Origin: Candidatus Nomurabacteria bacterium
GTDB taxonomy: Bacteria > Patescibacteriota > Minisyncoccia > Phycocordibacterales > UBA9973
Length of the DNA stretch: 50,290 nucleotides
Reading direction: 5' to 3'
NCBI GenBank assembly: GCA_023267375.1
Contig: JAHFNJ010000007.1
Span: 1 to 50,290 of the forward strand
Shown here: positions 7,670 to 15,868 of the stretch, piece by piece
How the letters are laid out: each line of letters starts with the position of its first letter
How positions within the stretch are numbered: the stretch's first letter is position 1
Made by a program: the position numbers and the translations under genes
The notes under the pieces: model-generated
Databases searched by the model: none
What the model was told of the DNA's origin: nothing
What the model saw: only the letters and a program-made list of their open reading frames with translations

Positions 7670-9391
7670 TTATTTTGCGGTTTCGTTTGATCCTAACTCC
7701 TCCTCAAGATCAACCACGCTCTGTAGTTCGGCAATCGACGTCACTCCCTTAAGAATTTTAACAACACCATCTTCGCGCATGTTGAGAATCCCTTGATGCT
7801 GCGCGACGGTATCTACTTCTCGCTCAGATGGATTGTTTGGAATAATTTTTTCAATCGATTCATCATTATAAATGGCTTCAAAGACACCGATACGTCCTTT
7901 GTATCCGGTGACATTACACTGATCACAACCAACTGGTTCATAGAGCATGAAGGGTTTCTCCTTGTCGATACCGTAGAATGACAAATCCTTTTTATTTTCT
8001 GCCGCCTTGTCGAGAATTTTTTTAATTGTTGCCGTTTCTTTTTCATCTGGCGTTTTTTCTTTACGGCAGTGCGGACAGAGTTTACGTACGAGACGTTGAG
8101 CGATTGAAAGCGTGAGTGCTGACACTAAAATTTTTGGATTCACTTCAAGATCGATCAAGCGGGGGATAACACCAGCTGCGTTGTTGGTGTGGAGTGTTGA
8201 GAACACCATGTGTCCGGTGAGCGCTGACTCCACGGCAATTTTAGCTGTTTCTGCATCGCGGATTTCACCGACCATGATGACATCTGGGTCTTGGCGGAGT
8301 GCTGAACGTAATCCCTCGAGGAATGTATATCCTTTTTCTTCTTCTACTTGTGTTTGAGTAACGCCTTCAACATGGTATTCGATTGGGTCTTCAATGGTAA
8401 TTATCTTAATTTCAGGAGAGTAAATACGACGCAAAAAGGAATACAGGGATGTTGTTTTACCGGAACCGGTCGGACCAGTCAAGAGAATCATGCCATGTGG
8501 TTTCATAATTTCCTTTTGAATTATTTCAAAGAGTCGCGGTTCGATGCCTAGGTCTTCAAGTTTTACTTGGGTGGTTTTTGGATTTAAAATACGCATCACG
8601 ATTGATTCGCCGTATGCACCAGGGATCATTGAAGTACGCATCGAGATTTCTTCGCCACCTAAAAAGATAGAAAAGCGTCCATCCTGAGCGTTGCTCGAGG
8701 TAAGTTTCATTCCTGAGAGGAGTTTCAATCGAGAATTTAATAGTTTGTATGTTGTTGAAGGGAAGAAGAGTACGTCTTGCAGTACGCCGTCCAAACGGAA
8801 ACGGAGACGTACCTGTGTTTCTTCTGGTTCAATATGCACGTCTGATGCACCAACAGCAATTGCGCCCGCTAAAATAATTTCGAGCATATGCGAAACGTGA
8901 TGTGTCGCTTTTTCATGGGCGTTATCTTTTATTTCTTGCTCGACATCTTTAACTGACTTTATTTTTTTAGTTACTTCAGCCAGCATTTCATTCGAAATAT
9001 CAAGACCGCCAGCTTTGGTTTCTTCAGCATACGAGAGTTCTTTGTATCGTTCCCAGACTTTCTCCATCGAAGCTTCAGATGCCATGTAAAAAATTGGCGT
9101 GAAGCCGTGATTAATGAGTTCTTCTTTGAGTCGGTCAACTTCAGGCTTGCCAGGGGAGCGAACAGCTACATGGATTGTTTTCCCAAGGAGTTTAAATGGT
9201 GCGACATCAAGTGCCCGTGCATCTTTTTGGGGGATAACACGAAGGGCTTCATTTTCAATCGGCACATTTGCTAAATTTACTGATGCAATACCATATTTTG
9301 ACTGAGCGAGTACTTGCACAAGCTCCTCTTCTTCTTGTCGTCGGAGATCTTCGAGTCTTTTTTCCTCTTTTTCTTCATCAAATTGAACCAT
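7670..9391 (-). CDS. Type IV pilus/type II secretion assembly ATPase (PilB/GspE family)
   Basis: ASDVHIEP, Walker A GPTGSGKTT, TIEDPIEY, RQDPDVIMVGEIRD, Zn motifs CPHC and CDQC, GYKGRIG. Start at MVQFDEEK (9391); the ORF-track upstream extension looks non-coding. Confidence 0.93.
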   Translation of the reverse strand: MVQFDEEKEEKRLEDLRRQEEEELVQVLAQSKYGIASVNLANVPIENEALRVIPQKDARALDVAPFKLLGKTIHVAVRSPGKPEVDRLKEELINHGFTPIFYMASEASMEKVWERYKELSYAEETKAGGLDISNEMLAEVTKKIKSVKDVEQEIKDNAHEKATHHVSHMLEIILAGAIAVGASDVHIEPEETQVRLRFRLDGVLQDVLFFPSTTYKLLNSRLKLLSGMKLTSSNAQDGRFSIFLGGEEISMRTSMIPGAYGESIVMRILNPKTTQVKLEDLGIEPRLFEIIQKEIMKPHGMILLTGPTGSGKTTSLYSFLRRIYSPEIKIITIEDPIEYHVEGVTQTQVEEEKGYTFLEGLRSALRQDPDVIMVGEIRDAETAKIAVESALTGHMVFSTLHTNNAAGVIPRLIDLEVNPKILVSALTLSIAQRLVRKLCPHCRKEKTPDEKETATIKKILDKAAENKKDLSFYGIDKEKPFMLYEPVGCDQCNVTGYKGRIGVFEAIYNDESIEKIIPNNPSEREVDTVAQHQGILNMREDGVVKILKGVTSIAELQSVVDLEEELGSNETAK

Positions 9392-9464
9392 TGTATTTGT
9401 AATAGTAGCCCTTTTAGGCTTTAAAAACAAGGGTAAATTTCCTATGTTGAACCTATAATTCCCC

Positions 9465-9493
9465 TTGACAAATAAGGGTAAACATGATAGACT
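9465..9493 (+). promoter_or_regulatory. Sigma70 promoter of the 682-aa orphan gene
   Basis: TTGACA-17 nt-TAGACT. Confidence 0.65.
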
Positions 9494-9564
9494 ACGAAAA
9501 AATACTAACATACATTAATTCCGTTCAAATTCCGTCTAACCGTTAACTAAATCCAGATAATCAA

Positions 9565-11613
9565 ATGAAAACGATGTATTTATTACTACTGTGTTCCTTA
9601 ACAGTGCTCTTCGTGAGCAAAAAAGGATTTACTCAGGCAACAGCCGGAGACCGCCTCTTGGATCATGTGATCCCCGTAGGTGAAATGAAACACTTTGCTT
9701 TAAACTTTCACATCACCGATGTTGATGGCAAGGAAATTTTGGTGGGTACAAAACACCAGGATAGCCTTGATTACTGGCGTAACTTGAAAAAGTACGTCAA
9801 TCCGCAACTATCAAGTGAGGAGAAGGTTGCTGTAGACTCAGTCAAGCAAAACGGCTTTACTGCCGGGATGTTGAGGTACATGTTTATCCACGATGAAGTG
9901 GAATACCTGCCTGTTGATGGTTTGTACATTACTACTGTTGGTATTCGTTCTGATGGAACTCTCTTTTCTTTTCGCAGATTAGGCAGAAAGAATGAGTGGG
10001 TTGCTTACAAGCGCATGCCTTCTGGTAAGAAAGTGTACATCTTATCGTGTGGCGAGGGAGGTTGTGGTAATTACGTGCCGGATGTGGAGGAACCAAAAGT
10101 AACAGAAAAAGTTGTCACGCGTGACAGTCTCATAACAAAGACAGTTACCAAAGACAGCACTGTTATTGTGCCTGTAGACAGTTTAGTGTATGTACCGCAG
10201 TACTATGATAGTACAAGGTGGCATGACAGTATCTACTGGGTTCAGCAGAATCTTCCGCAGCAGCCGTATTTTATGCAACAACCAATGTACTATCCGCCGA
10301 TCTCTCCTCCAATGGGTGGTGGGTGTTGTGGTGGTTCAACTGTGATTAACAAAAACAATGGGAATACAAAAATAGTTTCTATTGATAATAGTGATCACAG
10401 TATCAACTACTTCACCTACAACAACCCGCCCGGAAAAGATCATCATGATACGATCACTATCCATAAAACAGATACTGTGTACGTAGAAAAAGATGGTCAT
10501 GGTGATCCACCTGATACTGTCGATACCCACACGCACATTCCTGATTCATTAGGACATGATACGTATACCGATGGGAAAGACACTACAACTGGTGGGCGCT
10601 ATGCAGGGAATGGACAACGTCGCGCTGAAGACACTAAGGAAAAAGACAAGGTGAAGCAGGCTGCAAGGCCTGGAGATTTTTTGGAAAACAAAACTCTCTT
10701 TTCTGAAGCTGAAAAGCCAAAGGAAACTATGCAACCAACTCTTTCTCCCACTTCTTCTGTAAAAGGAGGTGGTGTTATCGCAGGCAAAGCTGTTGTTGGT
10801 CAGCCGGTAGAGGCAAAAACGTATGCGCAAGAGCTTCAAGCAAATTTAAGCAAAGCGCAGACAGTTACTGGAAATGTTGTGTCGGGTGGCATGCAGTATA
10901 GTGGTGATGTAAAATCAACCACTACAACTATGGCCACTGGAGGTGTTGTAAACAAACCCTCGACCAGCACTTCTGCTGTACCGACAGGGACTACAAGTAC
11001 TATTGTTCGTACCGAGAATTTGAATGTAAGTACACCTGCGAAATCAGGTGGCGCCGTTCAGTATTCTTCAGGAAATGTTGTGAATCAATCGATTACTTCT
11101 GTAAAACAGGAGCAAGTGAAAGGTTCTATCATGTCAGGTACAAATGTGGCTTCAGGAACTTCGCAAACATCTGGAAAGATTGTTATGCAGGGTGCCGGAA
11201 TCACGTCAGGAGCAGTAATTACTACTATGACATCAGCAGTGAAAACTGAAATGTCGCAGCAAACGCCGATACAACTTTCCCATTCCGGGAATGTGCAGTC
11301 GTTAGGCGGTAGTACTCCTATTGGTATGACTGGAGCATCTCAGCCAGCGATGCAAGCGACTGGTGTTGTCAGTATGACAGGAGCTCTTTCTACCGGAGTA
11401 ATTGGTATGACGAGCAACTCCGCTGGAACAAACATGGTTAACATGTCTGGTTCCACGGCAAATGCAGGAGTAATGCGTACACAAACTGGCATGGTAAACA
11501 TGTCTAGCCCCAGTATGCAATCTCCCAGCATGTCATCTGCAACAGCGCCGAGTATGCAAATGCAAATGTCTCAACCACAGCAATCGCCCGCAATGCGTAT
11601 GGGGCGTCAGTAA
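9565..11613 (+). CDS. Secreted hypothetical protein with a long low-complexity T/S/G/Q/M-rich C-terminal half
   Basis: 682-aa ORF with a signal-peptide-like N-terminus, Cys motifs CGEGGCGN and GGGCCGG, and a Met-rich tail. No family recognised. Confidence 0.8.
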   Translation: MKTMYLLLLCSLTVLFVSKKGFTQATAGDRLLDHVIPVGEMKHFALNFHITDVDGKEILVGTKHQDSLDYWRNLKKYVNPQLSSEEKVAVDSVKQNGFTAGMLRYMFIHDEVEYLPVDGLYITTVGIRSDGTLFSFRRLGRKNEWVAYKRMPSGKKVYILSCGEGGCGNYVPDVEEPKVTEKVVTRDSLITKTVTKDSTVIVPVDSLVYVPQYYDSTRWHDSIYWVQQNLPQQPYFMQQPMYYPPISPPMGGGCCGGSTVINKNNGNTKIVSIDNSDHSINYFTYNNPPGKDHHDTITIHKTDTVYVEKDGHGDPPDTVDTHTHIPDSLGHDTYTDGKDTTTGGRYAGNGQRRAEDTKEKDKVKQAARPGDFLENKTLFSEAEKPKETMQPTLSPTSSVKGGGVIAGKAVVGQPVEAKTYAQELQANLSKAQTVTGNVVSGGMQYSGDVKSTTTTMATGGVVNKPSTSTSAVPTGTTSTIVRTENLNVSTPAKSGGAVQYSSGNVVNQSITSVKQEQVKGSIMSGTNVASGTSQTSGKIVMQGAGITSGAVITTMTSAVKTEMSQQTPIQLSHSGNVQSLGGSTPIGMTGASQPAMQATGVVSMTGALSTGVIGMTSNSAGTNMVNMSGSTANAGVMRTQTGMVNMSSPSMQSPSMSSATAPSMQMQMSQPQQSPAMRMGRQ

Positions 11614-11641
11614 CGTAAGAGCGAATCCTTTTAGTAACAAA

Positions 11642-11678
11642 ACATGTGCCAGGCCAATAATAGTAACTTGGCACATGT
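11642..11678 (+). terminator. Hairpin downstream of the 682-aa gene (possible terminator)
   Basis: ACATGTGCCAGG...CTTGGCACATGT followed by an AT/T-rich tract; the loop is unusually large. Confidence 0.45.
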
Positions 11679-11773
11679 ATTTTTAAAGATTTTGATTTTC
11701 CCCAAGTCACTAGTAGGTGGGGGAATCGATCGAAGTTTTTAAAGATACATCTGAAGGTACAACCTTCCATGTA

Positions 11774-11802
11774 TTGACAATATTATAAAAAAGTCGTAAA
11801 TT
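11774..11802 (+). promoter_or_regulatory. Sigma70 promoter of the large surface-protein gene
   Basis: TTGACA-17 nt-TAAATT. Confidence 0.6.
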
Positions 11803-11836
11803 AGGTCATTCATTATTAGCAGTTTGGTCATTATAT

Positions 11837-14800
11837 ATGTATATGAATATAAAAAATCACATTTTCAAGTTTCTCACGGTCGGTCTCTTTGTTGCAGGGG
11901 CTCTTTTTGCCTACCCTTCATTTGCCCTTGCTGCATCTAACTTTAATGATAATGGTACTGGGTCAGACCTTCCGACTATCCAAGTTGCTAAATACAACGG
12001 ATCGTGTACCTCAAACTGTGGGTATAGTTCTAGTGTGTCAGTAAATCCAGGAGACATCGTTTCTGTGGCTATTTACTACCACAATACTGGACCAGACGCT
12101 GCTATTGATACTAAAGTAAAAATCTCTCCGACCTCTACTTCTTCAGGCACCTCTCACAGTATTTCAGGTTCAGTCCGCGCTTCAAACACAGCAAACTCTG
12201 GTAATGGATCTGCTACTGTTAACATCTCAAGTAGCCAAACACTTACCTACATGCCAGGCCAGACATTTTTCTATCCTGACAAAAGTTCCACAACGTACCC
12301 GATTCCTTTTGGGCAAAGTGGCAATGAAATTATAACTAGTGGTGGTCTTAATATCGGAACTATCGCCGCTCCATCTTCATGTAGTGGGTATCCTTCAATT
12401 ACTTTTTGTCACCAAGGATTTGTTATTGCTCACTATAAAGTAAGTACAACGACTCAGACGTATGCTTGTTCTGACGGCGTTGATAATGATAATGATGGTC
12501 TTATAGACTACCCACAGGATCCAGGGTGTAGCTCTTCTACCGATAATGATGAATACAATACTGTTGCTCCATGTACGATCAATAGTTTTTCCGCAAACCC
12601 AACAACGGTAAATTCAGGTAATTCATCTACACTATCTTGGTCTACCTCAAATTGTAACAACGTTACAATTCTTCCTGCAATCAATAATGTCCCAACGACA
12701 GGAAGTACTTCTACTGGTTCACTTTCACAAACAACCACATTTACATTGTATGCATACGGAACAAACGGTAATCCTACTGCGCAGACGACAGTAGTCGTAC
12801 AACAACAGCAATCTCCTTGCGCCATCAATTACTTTAATGCGAATCCGCAGATGATAAATACTGGTAACAGTTCCACCCTCTCCTGGTCGCTCTCAAACTG
12901 TACCAGTGCAAGCATCTCACCATCTATCGGTAGTGTGAACCCATCATCTGGAAATGTTTCTACAAATTCGCTTACCAATACAACAACCTACACACTTACT
13001 GCTTCCGGCAACGGTGGCAATCCAATTGCGCAGGTGACTGTTCAGGTGCTCGTTCCTCTTACTCCATGTACTATTAACTACTTCAATGGTAATCCAGGAA
13101 GTGTTAATCAGGGTGGTGCCGCAACTCTCTCTTGGTCAACTTCAAACTGTACCAGTGCTTCTATCTCACCATCTATCGGTAGTGTGAACCCATCATCTGG
13201 AAATGTTTCTACGGGAATACTTTCTCAAACACTTACTTTTATTTTGAATGCTTCCGGCAACGGTGGCAATCCAAGTGCGCAGGTGACGATTCAAGTAACA
13301 CCCCAACAGACTCAGTCGGTATGTAAGATCAATAGCTTTTCTGCATCACCAGGAACAGTAAATTACAATGCTGCATCAACACTCGTTTGGGCAACATCGG
13401 GTTGTGCGAAAGTAACACTGACTTCATTTGGCGCAGTAGCAGCAACAAGCAGTACCTCGACTGGAAATCTATCAGCAACAACTATTTACACGCTCACTGC
13501 ATATGATTCGAGTAATGTTCCACAGACTGAACAGGTAACTGTTCATGTTAATCAGCCATCGGGGCAGTGTACTATTAATAATTTCTCAGCATTACCATCA
13601 CAGGTAAGTAAAGGAGGTACTGCAACTCTCTCTTGGGCAACATCAAATTGTGTCAGTGTTTCTATTAATCCAATTGGTATTGTTTCTGCTACTGGGAGTA
13701 CGCAATCGAATGCGATTAATTTTGACACCACATTTACTCTTACTGCCTATGGCCAAACTGGTGGACCTGTTACTGAACAAGAATTAGTAACAGTAAACAA
13801 CAATAACAACAATAATAATACTTTGTTCTGTACCATCAATTCGTTCAAGGCTTCACCTTCAACAATTGATAAGTACGATTCTTCAAAACTTTCCTGGTCG
13901 CTCTCAAACTGTACCAGTGCAAGCATCTCACCATCTATCGGTAGTGTGAACCCATCATCTGGAAATGTTTCTACGGGATCATTGTCTCACGATACCACCT
14001 ATACACTCTCTGCTTCTGGTCAAAATGGTGCACCGTCACTTTCTCAGACCGTTCACGTACAATCAGGTAGTAATAACAATGATGATACATCAGCTCCAGA
14101 AGCAACAACAAAAAATGCTACAAATATAGACAGTGACTCTGCAACGCTTCGCGGGGAAATTGATACAGGTAATCAAGATACAGAATACTACTTCGAATAT
14201 GGTACGAATCGCAATAATCTAAACCACACGACAACTCGTCGCACTATTTCAGATTCAGATTCTGTTTCCGTGAATATCAACGGACTCTCTACTGATACGA
14301 CGTACTATTTCCGTGTTTATGCAACGAATGATGATGGTGATGATACAGGTTCTATTCTTTCATTTAGAACAGATGGATCACGAATCATTGATTACTATCC
14401 ACCTGCTCCTGTTCCAGTTGCAACTAACACATTCTATGTAACAACAACTGTAGCAACAAACATTGCAAGCACGAGTGCCCGATTAAACGGCGTAGCGAAT
14501 GCTGATATTGGAGGTACGATTTGGTTTGAGTATGGAACTGATCAGTCTGTGCCATTTACTACTCCACAGCAATCAATTGGTGCTGGATCATACCAGGTGC
14601 TGTCAGCTTTTGTTGGCACACTTTCTCCAAGTACAACCTACTACTACCGTATAGCAGGATCAAATTCATCTGTTGGCACCGTTCGTGGCGCTATCTCAAG
14701 TTTCCGAACACCAGCAGCTTCATCATCAACTGTCTTCGTGAATACAACCACAACCAACATTGGTGGTACTGGTTCTGGAAATATCATGCTTAAAATTGAA

Positions 14801-15325
14801 ACACCATTCGAAAATGTAAGCATGGGTAATACGGTGCCGTTTACGGTGACGTACAAAAATATTTCCGGAAAGGTGCTCAAAGATGCAGTGCTGACCGTGA
14901 CGTTGCCGGGCTTACTCCAATTCTCACAAGCAAGTACTGGTCTCTTTGATCCAACAACACGTGAATTGACGGTACGACTTGGTTCGCTTGATAAGAACGA
15001 AGAAGGAACAATGAATGTCGTTGCAATCGCTCTTGATCCAACAGGAACAAATGGTTCAGCGGTGACAACAGCAACACTCGTCTTCACACTTCCAAACGGC
15101 GCGCAAGATGAAGCGATTGCGTATGCATTCAACACAGTCACCATGAATAATATCCTCGCTGGTGCAGCACTCTTTGGTAGTGGGTTCCTTCCAAACAGTG
15201 CGCTTGGCTGGCTCATACTTATCCTCATCATTATTGCGATTATTGCGCTTGCTCGCCGACTGTATAGTCGTCCACGAGTGGCACATGTTCCACAGCCTCC
15301 GCATTACTCAACCCCAACGTATTAA
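11837..15325 (+). CDS. Large membrane-anchored surface protein with six Ig-like repeats, two Fn3-like modules and a DUF11-like domain
   Basis: Signal peptide; CSDGVDNDNDGLIDYPQDPGC Ca-binding-type motif; six ~82-aa repeats C[T/A/K]IN.F...TL.W...C; YYFRVYATN and YYYRIAG Fn3-like motifs; VPFTVTYKN; C-terminal TM helix. Confidence 0.85.
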   Translation: MYMNIKNHIFKFLTVGLFVAGALFAYPSFALAASNFNDNGTGSDLPTIQVAKYNGSCTSNCGYSSSVSVNPGDIVSVAIYYHNTGPDAAIDTKVKISPTSTSSGTSHSISGSVRASNTANSGNGSATVNISSSQTLTYMPGQTFFYPDKSSTTYPIPFGQSGNEIITSGGLNIGTIAAPSSCSGYPSITFCHQGFVIAHYKVSTTTQTYACSDGVDNDNDGLIDYPQDPGCSSSTDNDEYNTVAPCTINSFSANPTTVNSGNSSTLSWSTSNCNNVTILPAINNVPTTGSTSTGSLSQTTTFTLYAYGTNGNPTAQTTVVVQQQQSPCAINYFNANPQMINTGNSSTLSWSLSNCTSASISPSIGSVNPSSGNVSTNSLTNTTTYTLTASGNGGNPIAQVTVQVLVPLTPCTINYFNGNPGSVNQGGAATLSWSTSNCTSASISPSIGSVNPSSGNVSTGILSQTLTFILNASGNGGNPSAQVTIQVTPQQTQSVCKINSFSASPGTVNYNAASTLVWATSGCAKVTLTSFGAVAATSSTSTGNLSATTIYTLTAYDSSNVPQTEQVTVHVNQPSGQCTINNFSALPSQVSKGGTATLSWATSNCVSVSINPIGIVSATGSTQSNAINFDTTFTLTAYGQTGGPVTEQELVTVNNNNNNNNTLFCTINSFKASPSTIDKYDSSKLSWSLSNCTSASISPSIGSVNPSSGNVSTGSLSHDTTYTLSASGQNGAPSLSQTVHVQSGSNNNDDTSAPEATTKNATNIDSDSATLRGEIDTGNQDTEYYFEYGTNRNNLNHTTTRRTISDSDSVSVNINGLSTDTTYYFRVYATNDDGDDTGSILSFRTDGSRIIDYYPPAPVPVATNTFYVTTTVATNIASTSARLNGVANADIGGTIWFEYGTDQSVPFTTPQQSIGAGSYQVLSAFVGTLSPSTTYYYRIAGSNSSVGTVRGAISSFRTPAASSSTVFVNTTTTNIGGTGSGNIMLKIETPFENVSMGNTVPFTVTYKNISGKVLKDAVLTVTLPGLLQFSQASTGLFDPTTRELTVRLGSLDKNEEGTMNVVAIALDPTGTNGSAVTTATLVFTLPNGAQDEAIAYAFNTVTMNNILAGAALFGSGFLPNSALGWLILILIIIAIIALARRLYSRPRVAHVPQPPHYSTPTY
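12881..12963 (+). repeat. 83-nt exact direct repeat (copy 1, in protein repeat 2)
   Basis: Identical to 13892-13974; most of it also recurs at ~13142-13212. Confidence 0.9.
13892..13974 (+). repeat. 83-nt exact direct repeat (copy in protein repeat 6)
   Basis: Identical to 12881-12963. Confidence 0.9.
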
Positions 15326-15344
15326 GAACTCTCTACAGAGATAC

Positions 15345-15370
15345 AAAAAATCCGCTTCTGGCGGATTTTT
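15345..15370 (+). terminator. Intrinsic terminator
   Basis: AAAAAATCCGC-ttctg-GCGGATTTTTT. Confidence 0.8.
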
Positions 15371-15392
15371 TGTTGTGTGCTAGAGTAGAAAA

Positions 15393-15827
15393 ATGCAGAA
15401 AACATTTACCCAAAAAGACATACAACTGATTGCACAAGACGTGCTGACAAAAGCTTCCAGTGCAAAAGTAAAAGGCGCAACTGTGGTGGCGCTCTCAGGT
15501 GATTTAGGGGCAGGGAAGACGACGCTGACACAGGCGATTGCGCGTGAGCTTGGCGTAAAAGAAAATATTATTTCGCCGACATTCATCTTGATGAAAAAGT
15601 ATTCACTAAAAAATGCACACTATAAACAACTGGTTCATATTGATGCGTACCGCTTTGATCATCATGATGAGCTTTTAAAATTAGGCTGGGCTGAACTTTG
15701 TGCCAACCCTGAAAATTTAATCCTTATTGAGTGGCCGGAAAAAGTAATAGGAATAATTCCCCAACAGGCTTTATGGGTAGAATTGACCCACAAAGATGAG
15801 CATACTCGCAGTATTCTCCTAAAATAG
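15393..15827 (+). CDS. tsaE: tRNA threonylcarbamoyladenosine biosynthesis ATPase TsaE
   Basis: LSGDLGAGKTT, SPTF, HIDAYR, LIEWPE motifs. Confidence 0.95.
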   Translation: MQKTFTQKDIQLIAQDVLTKASSAKVKGATVVALSGDLGAGKTTLTQAIARELGVKENIISPTFILMKKYSLKNAHYKQLVHIDAYRFDHHDELLKLGWAELCANPENLILIEWPEKVIGIIPQQALWVELTHKDEHTRSILLK

Positions 15828-15868
15828 AAAACCCATTTTTTATTGATTGAAATGCTATAATTGGCCTA

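Noticed and set aside
12881-13974. Near-identical repeats as a DGR template/variable repeat pair, with the four-helix-bundle protein as Avd
   Set aside because: Differences are not adenine-specific, all copies are in-frame coding modules, and there is no reverse transcriptase in the window.
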